Positions 12,904 through 26,499 of a DNA stretch of 64,000 nucleotides are shown here, piece after piece. Each line of letters begins with the position of its first letter. Within the stretch, counting starts at the first letter, position 1. The notes under the pieces were generated by a model. That model was not told the DNA's origin and made no database searches. It was given only the letters and a program-made list of their open reading frames with translations. The stretch covers positions 69,750,001 through 69,814,000 of the forward strand of contig OX597822.1 in assembly GCA_951406725.2 (NCBI GenBank), written 5' to 3'. The stretch is from Octopus vulgaris. Taxonomy: Eukaryota. Both the position numbers and the translations under genes were made by a program.

Positions 12904-13739
12904 CTTCTGGCACCCCTGCCCTACTTATTCCTACCCACCCTGTACCTCGAAGGTTCTTTTCTAATAGTACATCACCAATTTCTAGCTCTCCACCACCATC
13001 CTCTCTTCTAAAAACACAAGTTGTCTTGTAGCTCCTCTTCAACAAGTATGGTGGGAGGGAAAGGGCTGGAGCCCTCCCCCCCCCCCCCGCCTATACTTTA
13101 CCCCTCTCTAATCCTTATTCTCCTAGCATAAAGTTCCCCTTCCCCTCTCATGGCTCATAGTCTTGCACGTTGCATGGCAACCTCAGTAGTGCTAGTGGCA
13201 TGAAATAAAAAAAAAAAGACATTCCATACACTCTGTGAAGTGGTTGGCATAAGGAAGGGCATCCAGCTGTAGAAACCATGCCAAAGCAGACACAGGAGCA
13301 GCATGATACAGTCCTTAGACCAGCGCTCTGCAACACATATTCTGTTCAAAATTCGGTGACACACCTGAACTAGAAATATAACTAAAAGTATAGGGAAAAA
13401 AATTATATTCAGGTTACACTGTGGTGCACCTAGCATCATCTCACGACACACCAGTTGCAGAGCATTGCCTAAGACTTATGAGATCTTTCCAAAACCATCC
13501 AACCCATGCCAGTATGGAACATGGACATAAATAATGATCATTATAATATATTTCCTTTTTAGTCCTTTAGTTTAAGATAATAACCATTCCAAGGTCTATT
13601 ACTATCAGATCATTAAGAATGAAATGTCCGATTTTCTTAAGCACTAAGTTTGACAGCCATTAACTCCAATGTTTCTTCCTGGCAATTCTTTGTTTTAAAA
13701 CATTGAAGAGTTACATCATCACTTTTCGAAATGCAACTT

Positions 13740-14610
13740 TCAGATAGGGACCATCAGACTCTTATGCAAATTGTTAGAAAGGATCACAAAAGTACAGCTC
13801 CCAAAATTACTGCAGAGCTTAATGACCACCTCGAGAACCCAGTTTCTACAAAAACTGTTTGCTAAGAGCTGCACAAAGCTGGATTTCACAGCAATCAGAA
13901 AACAACTACTTTCAAAAATAAACGTTGCAAAGCATTTAGAGTGGAGTAAAAACCTACAGAATCGGTCCCTAGAGCAGTGGAAGAATGTTATTTTGTTGGA
14001 CGAGTCATCTGTTAGCTTATTTCCAACCACTGGCTGCGAGTATACGTGTGGAGACAGCCAAAAGAAGCATTTGACCCAGTCTGCCTTCTTCCAAATGTTA
14101 AACAAGAAGGGGGATCTGTGATGATCTGGGGGGGGGGCTATTTCTTGGAAAACCCTTCATGGCAGAATTTATAGTCAAGACATTTTATCTGATCAAATTC
14201 ATCCTATGGTTGCGGAACTGTTTCCAGAGGGAAACGCAATCTTTCAGGATGATAATGCATCAATTATTCACACAGCTAAAGTTGTTACTGAACGGCACAA
14301 GGAGCATTCTAGTAAGGTGAACGTCCTATCTGGCCACCACAGTCCCCAGATCTCAATATTATTGAACATTTATGGTGCATTTTAGAAAAACCAGAAAGGA
14401 GTCGATATCCTCCACTATCATCACTACAAGAACTGGGGACTGTTTTAGCTGAAGAATGAACAAAAATTCCTTTGGAAACAATTCAAACTTTGTACCAGGT
14501 CATACATCATAGGATTCAAGCTGTAATTAGTACCAAAGGCGGTCCTACCCCTTATTAAAATAAATTTGCTTGAAATTTTAAGGTGTTTCCATTATTTTGT
14601 CCAACCCCTG
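13740..14610 (+). mobile_element. Tc1 (DD34E-type) DNA transposon remnant, 5' truncated
   Basis: Frameshifted transposase: WKNVILLDES, GSVMIWG, IFQDDNA, WPPQSPDLNIIEHLW, RIQAVISTKGGPTPY*. Ends in TIR-like ttttgtccaacccctg followed by TA. Confidence 0.88.
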
Positions 14611-14662
14611 TATGCATATGTATGTACACATATATATATATTTGTTTGTGTATGTTTATATG

Positions 14663-14710
<48 letters not shown>

Positions 14711-15024
14711 AACAAAGGGTAAAATTAATTGATTAAGAAGTAATCAGTAATTTCACCAAGTAGAATTCGGCATGAAAAAGACCAAATATGGATTTATTTT
14801 AGTTATTTTTCCTCTTTGCCTGCGTAGATTGTTTTAAAGTATTTTGGTTTTTCTGGGAGTCCCTTTTAAAGTAGAAGAAATAGCTAAGGTTTTTTGACTG
14901 CTATTTCTAAACTTTGGTATGTGGTGAAGCAAATCTTTGCCGAACCCTAATTATAAAGTATATATATATATATATATAACCCATGCTAGCATGGAAGGCG
15001 GACGTTAAATGAAGATGATGAAGA

Positions 15025-15071
<47 letters not shown>

Positions 15072-15758
15072 TATATGTATACACACATATATATATGCAT
15101 GCAAATATTTATATATATATATCTCATCATCATCGTTTAACGTCCGTTCTCCATGCTAGCATGGGTTGGACAATATATATACACATATATATATGCATGC
15201 AAATATTTATATATATATATATATATACACACACACATATATGTATACATATATTAGTGCATTATATATACACACACACACACACACATACAGACATGTA
15301 TACATATATATACTAATAACTATAAACTAGTTTGTACACAACTAGACTCAACAACATTCTTTAGTATGCTCTCAATTTTTCATAAGGATAAACTATGTAT
15401 ATCTGAATTTGTAATCTGCTATTTCTTTCAAGTCTTCTGTAATAATAATAATTGTTTGTTATATACTTCTTGCATTGAAGAGAACAGTGATATGTAACTC
15501 ATTTAATTTAATCAAATTAATTTTAATTATTCTACCATGTATTTAAAAGTTAATATCGCTGTTTGAAATGATCATATGCATGTATTAAAATTCTTTCAAA
15601 TTTTAACGTCTTCTCTTCTCTTTTTTTAATATATTTGTTGAGTTCTTATGGGATACCTTTCCATAAATTCTTATAACACACCAAATATATGTGTATATAT
15701 ATGTAAATTTATATTTGTGTGCATATATATATATATATGTAAATTTACATTTGTGTGC

Positions 15759-15795
<37 letters not shown>

Positions 15796-16164
15796 GGAGC
15801 CACTCAGGCAGACGTGGGCGATGCCATGTCTGCCTGACTGGCTCTCGTGCTGGTGGCATATAAAAAGCACTATCCGAATGTGGCCGATGCCAGTACCCTA
15901 TGACTGGCTCCCATGCCGGTGGCACATAAAGAGCACTATCTGAATGTGATCGCTCCCAGGCCTAACTGACTGGCTTCTGTGCCAGTGGCACGTAAAAAGC
16001 ACCTACTACACTCTCGGAGTGCTTGGCATTAGGAAGGGCATCCAGCTGTAGAAACATTGCCAGATCTGTTTGGAGCCTGGTGCAGCTGTTGGCTCTTCAA
16101 ACCTCAGGTAAACTGTCCCCAACCCATGCCAGCATGGAAAACAGATGTTAAATGATGATGATGG

Positions 16165-19060
16165 TGTCAGCCAGAAGCTGAGGCCATACTGGTGCAACAC
16201 CTTTACTGCATCTGGGGACTTTTCCAGTATTGCTTCTGGTGACGTAGCAAGTTAGACATTGCTGCTCTTCTTTGTGCCTCCTGCCGCAATGTGACTTCCT
16301 CATGTTTTTTGAAGACTTCCATGTCTATACCTAGCAGATCCCTGATGTTCTGTGGTAGGGCATTAAAAAGTTGTGGTCCCTTGCACCCCAAGCTATTACA
16401 GTATTGGGTTCGTATCCTCGATGGAGAAGATGGGACCTTTGGTACTGTGCCATGCTGTTCAGTTCAGAGATTGTAGATTTCAATTCTGAAATTTGGAGCC
16501 AGACCCACCATTATTTTCAACACGTATAGCACTGTATATCTCTCACGTTTCCTCTCCAGGGAGTAGAGTCACAGTTCCCTCAATCTCTTCCGGTAGCTCC
16601 TGTGTTTTACTGAGTCTATCATCTTTGTGAAGTGACATTGGATCGCTTCTAGTTCCGCAATTAGTTTTTTACAATCTGTGGGGACCACAGTTGGGAGCAG
16701 TAGTCCAGACAACTGAGGACAAAGGTTCTCTAAAGCAGAAGCTTTGTGTCTTTGTTCCTGGTCTTAAAGGATCTAAGGATCCAACCTGCCACCCGCCTGC
16801 ATACTGTTGCCATCTGAGCAATGTGCACATGGAAAATTGCATCACTGCTCATGTGGATTCCCAGGTCATGCACTGACTAAATCTCTGATTACACTGCCTG
16901 CTGGTCCCATGTACTTCACCTGTAGTTTGTTTGTGGGCTGATAGCAGAGTGCTTGAAATTTTGCACCTTTGAACAGCATATTATCCTCATCAGCCCATTT
17001 ATATGTTGTGTCCGGGTCATTCTGCAGTCTTAGGATGTCAGTAGGATCCTTGACCACCTGTGATACTTTTGTATCATTGGTGTAGCTGGTGAGTGTGAGG
17101 GCATGTCCAAAAGAGCAACCACAAACAGTAGTGGACCCAGTACTGTCCCCCGGGGGACTCCACTGAGGATTGGTGCCACTTCAGAGAGAGCATCATTTGC
17201 TGTGACAGCCTGACTTCTGCCCCTTAAGAAATCATGCAGCCACATACCAAGGTCACGAAATTTGTGACATATCACCCCATGCCTGACTTTGTCAAACACC
17301 TTTGGCAAAGTTAAGATACATAACATCCACATTTGAATGGTTGAGCTGTAGTTTTAGTACCTAGTCGAAGTGTTGTAGTAGCTGTGTTAGGCAGCTCTGT
17401 CCAGGACAGAAATCATGTTGCACGTCTGTAAGCAAGTCATTTTCCTCTAGGAACATGGTCAGTCTTTTTCTGACAATGTGAGGTCAGAGAAATAGGACTG
17501 TAGTTTATAGCATCTACTCTGCTTCCTCCTTTGTGGACAGGGCAGGTTATTCCTTCTTTTAATATTTGAGGAAATGTACTGCATTCAAAGCAACTGGAAA
17601 TGCATTTGCAGTGGTTTTGCAAGAGCTCTCTTGCATGTTTTTAACAGAATTGCTGTGAGTCCATCAAGGCCTGTTGTAGAGTCTGGGTTTATCTCATCAA
17701 TGGCTGACAATACATCCTCCTATGTAAAGTTAATGTAATTGATAGTCACCTTTTTCTCTTGTAGGTAAGAGGTATTGAACTCATCAGGTCTGCTTATTTT
17801 CGGGCTTTCTAGTGGGGAGGTGAAAACACTTTGGAATTGTTTATTGAGTGCTTTACTTATCCTCCTGGGGTCTGCAGTCAGTGAGCCCTTTTCATTAAAC
17901 AGTGACCCTATCCTGTATCACACTGAGGCAGACTCTTCTGTGAACTTGTAGAAAGCTTTAGGCTTTCTTTTTATATTTTCCACTGCCCTGGCTTCTCTGT
18001 TTACCCTTTCTTTTTCATGGGAGAGCCTGATTTTATTCTGAGTCTCTAAGAGTGCCATTTTGAGGCAGGGCTTTTTGTTGTCATTAGGCTCCTTATTTAA
18101 GCAATTCGAGATCTTTATCCTCCATCTCATTAGGTTTCTTCTGTCTCGGGGAATAATGTTCTTATGCGTGGTGGCTTTCTTCTCTGGGACAAACATAATG
18201 CATATGGCTCGCATTATAGACATGAATTCATTGAATTTCATGTCAGGGTCTTGCATGGACAGACTTTTAAATCAGTTTTGTTGGAGTATCACTTTGTTGT
18301 TGAACTCCCAGTCAGCCTTGTAGAAGTTCAGGTTGGCTAGTGCTTGGGATCCAGCAGTGTTGTATGATTCTTTAATTAGCTTTGGACCATATTTTGACAC
18401 TTCTATCATGTTACGGTCTGAGTGGGTAGACGGTGATATGTTTATGCTGTGGATAAGGTCTATATTGTCTGTGAAGCAGAGATCCAGGATGTTGTTATTT
18501 CTGGTTGGGGAAAGTATGGTCTGCTCCATGAACATCATTTTCATGAGATCTACTAGAGATTCTACCTGCTTGCATTCCTTTCATGTCAGTCCTGAGGTTA
18601 TGACACCTTTGGGCCATCTAATGTTGGGGAAGTTGAAGTCACCCATCAGAAGTACCTTAAGGCAGTGGTCTAGGTTTGTAAGTACTTCTTTTATCTTTGT
18701 AAGACATTCCTCAAACTTACCATCATAGTTTGAGGCATCGGGTGGGCAGTATAATGTGCATATTACCACGTTAAGTTGCTTTAGATGTACTATGAGTGTG
18801 TCGCAGACTGCATTCGAATGTGACAGCAGTGTCAATGCTGTAACATCATCATGCATGTACATTGCAACTCCACCATGGCTTCTCTCTTTTCTGTCTGTAT
18901 AGAACACAGTATACATTGGTACATGTATCTCTACAGACAGATGAGTCTCTCTGAGTGCAATGCATATAGCTTGATTGCATGCAGACAGTTCTCCCAGGTA
19001 TGCAATTTTGCTCTTGCTGTTGTTTTGCAAACGGCCTCTGTTGTTCATCAGTAGAATTTG
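16165..19060 (-). mobile_element. Degenerate CR1/L2-like LINE (APE endonuclease plus reverse transcriptase)
   Basis: Endonuclease motifs ETHL, SHGGVAMY, LMGDFNFPNIRW, PTRNNNILDLCFT, SDRNMI. RT motifs YSPISLTSH, FDKVRHG, SGVPRGTVLGPLLF, WADEDNMLF. Many frameshifts. Confidence 0.9.
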
Positions 19061-19214
19061 TGAGTATATATATTTATGTGTGTGTGTGTGTGTGTGTGTA
19101 TACATATATACACACATGGCGGTGCCCCAGCATGGCCACAGCTCGTGAGCTGAAACTAGATAAATAAAAAAAAATAAAATAAAATAAAAAAATAAAAATA
19201 AAAATATATTTATA

Positions 19215-20316
19215 CACACCATAAAAACCCATGTAATTTATGCACTTTTTTTCACAAAAATAAATATAAACTTTAGGGAGTGCATAAACTACACAAATAG
19301 ATCGTTTCCAGAATTTGTTTTGAAATTTTTGTTGTTGAAAAAAGATGTACAAAACGTAAACATTTGTACCGGAAGTTGACTCATTTAATGTCAGAATAGG
19401 TTTTTACAGAAAAAATGGCTTAAACACGCATAAAGAAGTTGACTTTTATTTATGTTGGATGGTATAATGCTTACTTTTTCTCTATAAATTTACCCAAACC
19501 ATTAAATGTTTAACTAGTTTTTGAAGTCTAACATTCATGGTGGTAAACAGAGTCCAGGTCATATTTTACATTGCTTGGAGTTTCTACCTATCGCAATGGA
19601 GTGCATATTTAATTTCTCCTTCGCAGCAAATGAGTCATAAGTTCTGCCTATGCTGACAATAACAGTAATGATAAATTTTAAAGTTTGCTTGACGTTTTAT
19701 AAGTGTGAAACGGATTAAAATTTCAATACTCCATATCAAAGGTTTTGACAAGAAAAAGCAGAAAATCAGAGCTTTGAGATAAGAAGACACTTTCGACCAA
19801 TCAGAATTCTGTTTACATACTCAATTTGATCGATCACCTTCCTCTGTCAGTTGAGTAACCTGTCATCCAAGCTGATGTTTATTGGTAATTAAACTTAATT
19901 TGCAACACCTGTGCGTATTTATCAGCCTCACTTTTGTTGGTAATTCTTAACAACTTTTCCTGTGACCGTGATTTGAGAAGACATACAGCAGTATGCTAAA
20001 GAATGGACATAATCTCCCATGGGCAAGTAATGTAAAATAAAGTTTATTATAAACAACACAAACACTTTGTAATTTAATAGCTTTCAATGTGGTACCTGTT
20101 ACAGAGAAATTATTTTTATTTACTGAAACTTTAATAAAATCTAATAAGTGAAATTATGGTAAAAACAACTAAATTGGAAACCTTTTTTCTCTGGCAATAT
20201 CAGCAATTCTGAAAACATTTAAGTGGGAATTTCACCTGAGTAGAAGCATTTTTTTAAAGAAATAATCATTTGCATAAATTATACAGATGCACAAATTACA
20301 TGGGTTTTTAAGTGTG
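19215..20316. mobile_element. Non-autonomous DNA transposon (Tc1/mariner-pogo-type TIRs)
   Basis: ~30-bp imperfect TIRs cacaccataaaaacccatgtaatttatgca / tgcacaaattacatgggtttttaagtgtg, with subterminal tgcataaa repeats. Confidence 0.6.
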
Positions 20317-20375
20317 TGTGTGTGTGTGTGTCTATATATATTTGTGTAGACAGGCAGGCAGACAGATATTCTTTT

Positions 20376-20990
20376 CTTTTACTTGTTTGCGTCATTTGAC
20401 TGTGGCCATGCCAGAGTACCGCCTTAAAGGGTTTTAGTCAAAGAAATCAACCCCAGGACTTATTCTTTGTAAGTCTACTACTTATTCTATTGGTCTCTTT
20501 TGCAGAACCAAAGTTACGGGGACATAAACACACCAGCATCTGTTATCAAGTGAAGGGGAGGGGGACAAACACAGACACACACATAAACACATTAATACAA
20601 TACATATATACAATGGGCTTCTTTCAGTTTCTTATTTCTTTATTACCCACAAGGGACTAAACAGAGAGGGGACAAACAAGGACAGAGGGATTAAGTCGAT
20701 TACATCGACCCCAGTGCAAAACTGGAACTTAATTTATCGACCCCGAAAGAATGAAAGGCAAAGTCGATCTCGACAGAATTTGAACTCAGAACGTAACCAC
20801 AGATGAAATAGCACTAAGCATTTCGCCCAGCGTGCTAATGTTTCTGCCAGCTCACCGCCTCTTCTTTCAGTTTCTGTCTACCAAATCCACTCACAAGGCT
20901 TTGGTAGAAGATACTTGCCCAAGTTGCCATGCAGTGGGACTGAATCTGGAACCATGTGGTTGGGAAGCAAGCTTTTTCCCACACAGCCAT
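20376..20990 (-). mobile_element. Family-A SINE with a family-B SINE nested at 20633-20859
   Basis: The nested copy is bounded by a 15-bp TSD cttctttcagtttct (20618-20632 / 20861-20875). Confidence 0.85.
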
Positions 20991-22339
20991 ACTTAAATAT
21001 TTTTGAATGTCTTTAACACAAGTGTAGCTATTACCTCCAGGCAAAATATACTATTTAGGTGCTGTGAGGTTAATTATTGCAGTAGAATTCATTTGATTAA
21101 CACAGTGCTATATTGAACATACGTGATCAACTATTCTGACACACAGACACTTTGTCATTATCCGCATAATTTAGTGGGAGAAAAAGTGAGAGACAAAAAA
21201 AATTAACAATGTCGGAAATACACGGAAGCAAAGAAATGAAAGCAGGATTATAAGTTTCAAATGAAAGTCAACAGTTTCTTAGAATTATTAGTCCTGAACA
21301 AGAAATAGGGGTAACTAACAACAAACATTAAGTAAACTGGTTTTACTGCTATAAGATTTTAGATAGCTTCCTACTAAATGAAAACCAGGTAAATAAAAGT
21401 ATTAATAAAAATCTAATAGAACGAGAAAAAAACATGTTCATGTCATTATATCTAATCTATTAAGTATTGATTACTTTAAACTATCCTGTCAGCGTCAGGT
21501 GACCAGAGGATTAGTTGTCTAGAGAACACTAAACTAAGCTATCAACAACTAACTACATAGAATATTTTTGCTTTTTAAATTGACATAGCAAACCGCAATT
21601 GATATACAGGTGTGGCTATGTAGTTAAGAAGCTTGCTACACAACTGTGTGGTTTTGGGTTCCATCCCACTGCACAGGACCTTGAGTAAGTATCTTATATT
21701 ATAGCCCCAGGGTGACCAAAGCCCCATAAACAGAATGTGTGTGTGTGTGTGTGTACGCGTGCGTGTGCACTCTTTTCACGATATCATGTGATGGTTCTAA
21801 ATGAGTATCATCACCATACAAGTAGGGTTGTTCATCTGCAGTCTTCTGTGAAAAATGTCTAACAATGGGAAAATAGCATCTTATTTGAAAACAAGGACTG
21901 GCAACAGGAAGGGCATACAGCCATAAAAAAAAAATCTGTCACAAAAATTTCTATTTGACCATGCAACAATCTGCCACAACAATCTGACCTCCATGCAAGC
22001 TTGGAAAAGTGAACATTAAACAATGATGATGATGAATAGTAAGGGTTGAATAGTTCAAACACTGTCACTATCTTTCCAAATCCTGCAACATTTGATATGG
22101 AATTTTGGTCCTTTAAAGTTGACCTAGCATTTTTGGCTGTAAATTTCAGTTTAGACAATTTCAACTTGTATGCCATAAAATATGATATGCAGCTTCAAAT
22201 CTTGTTAATGGATTCACTCTTCGACTCTCTTTACTCTAATCCACTTAGTCAAACAGGGCCTACTCCTGTCTCAAAACCAGGAAGATGTTTCTAGGAGAGG
22301 TGGTTAGTTCTAAAAATGATTACTCTGGTAATCGGAATT

Positions 22340-23300
22340 ATACCTCTCTCTCTCACTCAAATTATATACCTCACACTCTCTCTCTCACTCGCTCAAATTA
22401 CATGTCTCCCTTCCTCGCTCAACTTATACGTCTCCCCTTCTCGCTCAACTTATACGTCTCCCCTTCTCGCTCAACTTATACGTCTCCCCTTCTCGCTCAA
22501 ATTATGCGTCTCCCCTTCTCGCTCAAATTATGCGTCTCCCCTTCTCGCTCAACTGATACGTCTCCCCTTCTCGCTCAATTGATACGTCTCCCCTTCTCGC
22601 TCAAGTGATACGTCTCCCCTTCTCGCTCAACTGATACGTCTCCCCTTCTCGCTCAACTGATACGTCTCCCCTTCTCACTCAAATTATATGTCTCCCTTTC
22701 TTGCTTAAGTTCTCTCTCTCTTAAATTATATATATCTCTCTCTCACTCAAATTATATATCTCTCTCTCTCTCACTCAAATTATATATATATATATCTCTC
22801 TCTCACTCAAGTTACATATTTCTCTCTCTCGCTCAAGTTATCTCTCTCTCTTGCTCAAGTCATATCTCTCGCTCTCTCTTGCACTCGCTCAAGTCATATC
22901 TCTCTCTCTCTCTCTCTTGCTCAAGTCATATCTCTCTCTCTCTCTCTCCAGTCATATATCTCTCACTCACTCAAGTCATATATCTCTCACTCACTCAAGT
23001 CATATATCTCTCACTCACTCAAGTCATATATCTCTCACTCACTCAAGTCATATATCTCTCACTCACTCAAGTCATATATCTCTCACTCACTCAAGTCGTA
23101 TATCTCTCACTCACTCAAGTCATATATCTCTCACTCATTCAAGTCATATATCTCTCACTCATTCAAGTCATATATCTCTCACTCACTCAAGTTAAATATC
23201 TCTCTCTCACTCAAGTTATATATCTCTCTCTCACTTCAGTTATATATATCTCTCTCACTCAAGTTATATATATCTCTCTCACTCAAGTTATATCCCTCTC

Positions 23301-23310
<10 letters not shown>
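22340..23310 (+). repeat. Compound minisatellite: 26-nt unit tctcgctcaactgatacgtctcccct, then 24-nt unit agtcatatatctctcactcactca
   Basis: Tandem units are directly visible and account for the repetitive spurious ORFs here. Confidence 0.9.
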
Positions 23311-23331
<21 letters not shown>

Positions 23332-24913
23332 GGTTATAAAATGAGATAGGGGTTGAAAATTCAACCCACCATGGGATAATATATATCCAATATACTGCCA
23401 GATAGGTACCCAACAAGACTAATACATAGATGTTAAAAATTGTCAAACAATCAGTTCATCTATTGTATTATATGGGTAAAGGTAATAATATTACCGTAAA
23501 TTAATACTACAAAATTAGAGAATGGAGAAACATACTTAAATCAATAAAACATCAACTATCAGATGATACCCAATCAATACTTTAATACACCATTACATAT
23601 CAGTAAAGGCATTATACAAAATATACAGTAAGAGTAAATAGACAAAGAGATATAAGTAAAAAATTTCAAATATAATATGTAATTAAATCAAATCTGACAG
23701 CTGTTTCGGCAGTGAGGGCAGTCATACCTCATTTAACCTATAAGCCATAAAGGCAGGTATAAATGGCAGGCATTAACAAGGATGCCCCACGGCCTCTTCA
23801 GAGAATTAAATTAAATTTGTTATAATTGTGAAAAATATTATTTAACCATATACATATAAATATAAAAATATAAAAATGTAAAATATAAAAACTTATACAT
23901 CATAATGCTACACTTATATAATATAATACTCATTGGTACAATAATGGAAGGTAAACAGAACAAAATAAAACAAAATATATATCAGTGTATATATTAATAT
24001 TAATAAGCACCGATATTATACATATTTGGCTAATAGTTTTTTAAAAAAACTAACACATAGGGAGATGAAAAATAATAATTAAAACCATGGTTCAGTTCAT
24101 AAAATTATAAAGCTATAAAAGTTAATAAAAATTACTATTAATATTAATAATAATAATAATAATAATAATAGATACAGTTATGTTTGCACCAAGTCCATCC
24201 TATCAAGATTCGATCTTGATAGGATGGACTTGGTGCAAACATAACTGTATCTATTATTATTATTATTATTATTATTAATATTAATAGTAATTTTTATTAA
24301 CTTTTATAGCTTTATAATTTTATGAACTGAACCATGGTTTTAATTATTATTTTTCATCTCCCTATGTGTTAGTTTTTTTAAAAACTATTAGCCAAATATG
24401 TATAATATCGGTGCTTATTAATATTAATATATACACTGATATATATTTTGTTTTATTTTGTTCTGTTTACCTTCCATTATTGTACCAATGAGTATTATAT
24501 ATATATAAGTGTAGCATTATGATGTATAAGTTTTTATATTTTACATTTTTATATTTTTATATTTATATGTATATGGTTAAATAATATTTTTCACAATTAT
24601 AACAAATTTAATTTAATTCTCTGAAGAGGCCGTGGGGCATCACTTGTTAATGCCTCATTTATACCTGCCTTTATGGCTTATAGGTTAAATGAGGTATGAC
24701 TGCCCTCACTGCCGAAACAGCTGTCAGATTTGATTTAATTACATATTATATTTGAAATTTTTTACTTATATCTCTTTGTCTATTTACTCTTACTGTATAT
24801 TTTGTATAATGCCTTTACTGATATGTAATGGTGTATTAAAGTATTGATTGGGTATCATCTGATAGTTGATGTTTTATTGATTTAAGTATGTTTCTCCATT
24901 CTCTAATTTTGTA
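23332..24913. mobile_element. Penelope-like element forming a ~1.4-kb near-perfect palindrome, inserted in (TA)n
   Basis: Arms at 23508-24209 and 24213-24913 around a 3-nt loop (tcg), differing only by small indels that I could see. 176-nt tail at 23332-23507. Same family recurs at 51137-51310 and 61594-62069. Confidence 0.8.
24615..24731 (+). ncRNA. Type I hammerhead ribozyme with long stem II (mirror copy on - at 23690-23807)
   Basis: aattct-CTGAAGA(24621-24627)-ggc.gtggggca..tgcctcattta..taaatgaggta..tgccctcac.gcc-GAAA(24714-24717)-CAGCTG-TC|agattt. Palindromic stem III; GUC cleavage triplet. Confidence 0.8.
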
Positions 24914-24945
<32 letters not shown>

Positions 24946-25735
24946 CACTCTCACTCAAATTATATATCCCTCTCTCTCACTCAAATTATATATCCCTCAT
25001 TCTCACTCAAATTATATATCCCTCATTCTCACTCAAATTATATATCCCTCATTCTCACTCAAATTATATATCCCTCTCACTCTCTCTCAAATTATATATC
25101 TCTCTCTCACTCAATTTACATATATCTCTTCTCACTCAAGTTACATATTTCTCTCTCTCACTCAAGTTATCTCTCTCTCTTGCTCAAGTCATATATATCT
25201 CTCTCTCTCACACACAAGTCATATCTCTCTCTCTCTCCAGTCATATATCTCTCTCTCACTCAAGTTATATATCTTTCTCTCACTCAAGTTATATCCCTCT
25301 GTTTCATATATATATCCCTCACTCTCACTCAAATTATATATCCCTCATTCTCACTCTAATTATATATCCCTCTCACTCTCTCTCAAATTATATATCCCTC
25401 TCACTCTCTCTCAAATTATATATCTCTCTCTCTCACTCAAATTATATATATATATCTCTCTCTCACTCAAATTATATATATATATATCTCTCACTCAAAT
25501 TATATATATATATCACTCTCACTCAAATTATATATATATATCACTCATTCAAATTATATATATATATCACTCATTCAAATTATATATATATATCACTCAT
25601 TCAAATTATATATATATATATATATATATCTTTCACTCAAATTATATATCTCCATCTCATTCAAATTATATATATCTCTCACTCAAATTATATATATCTC
25701 TCTCTCACTCAAATTATCTCCCTCTCTCTCTCTGA

Positions 25736-25775
<40 letters not shown>

Positions 25776-25890
25776 GTCTGGTGCTGCCATCTGGTTCGCC
25801 AGACCTCGGTCAAATCGTCCAACCCATGCTAGCATGGAAAGCGGACGTTAAACAATGATGATGATATATATCTCACTCAGATTATATCTT
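24914..25890 (+). repeat. Continuation of the ctcactcaa(a/g)ttatat minisatellite
   Basis: Tandem variable units. Blocks 25131-25316 partly duplicate 22801-22865 and 23282-23310. Confidence 0.85.
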
Positions 25891-26499
25891 TCTCTCAATG
25901 TTTGAATATTTACACCATATATAACACTGACCTGTATGCCAGAATTGTAAACCCATTACTACAGCAACAAAATGCTTTATATATCATCAGAGAAATTGTT
26001 TGAGAAACAGATGTTTTTCTTAATGTTGTGACTTAAGCTCTGAAGTAAGAACAATAATAACTGCAGGTTGGTGATCCAAGACATGTGCAAAGATTTTTAA
26101 TTCTTCGACACTATTTAGATTTAAAACAAAAACATTTTGTTGATGACGCCAACAAATACAGTAATCGAATGATATCAGAAATTATAAGCACCAATTTGAG
26201 ACAGAAAAGATCAGCCTTACTGCTAATGCTAAGTGACTGACAATTTATTTTATGAAGATGAAAGAGGGAGAGAGAGGGGAATTGTATGGAGACAGTGAAG
26301 CATGCACAAGAAAGAGAGTGTAAGAGAGCAAATGAAGGAAAACTGAATGAGAGGATGAAAGAGAGGTAAGAGAAATGAGAATGAGAAAGATAATGGACCG
26401 AGAGAGAGAGATGTGAGAGTGAGAAAGGAAAACGCAAGTGAGAGATTACATGAGATAACGTAATTGAAAGAAGTGAGATGGAAAGATAATGTGAGATAT

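Noticed and set aside
14710-14960. Possible Penelope GIY-YIG coding fragment between microsatellites
   Set aside because: Hand translation gives no GIY or YIG motif; too short and degenerate to call.
22285-23349. Repetitive ORFs (SHISLTHS, LSLTQVIY, SPSRSTY) and a superficially CRISPR-like array
   Set aside because: Head-to-tail minisatellite units with no unique spacers, inside a eukaryotic intron. The ORFs are by-products of the repeat.
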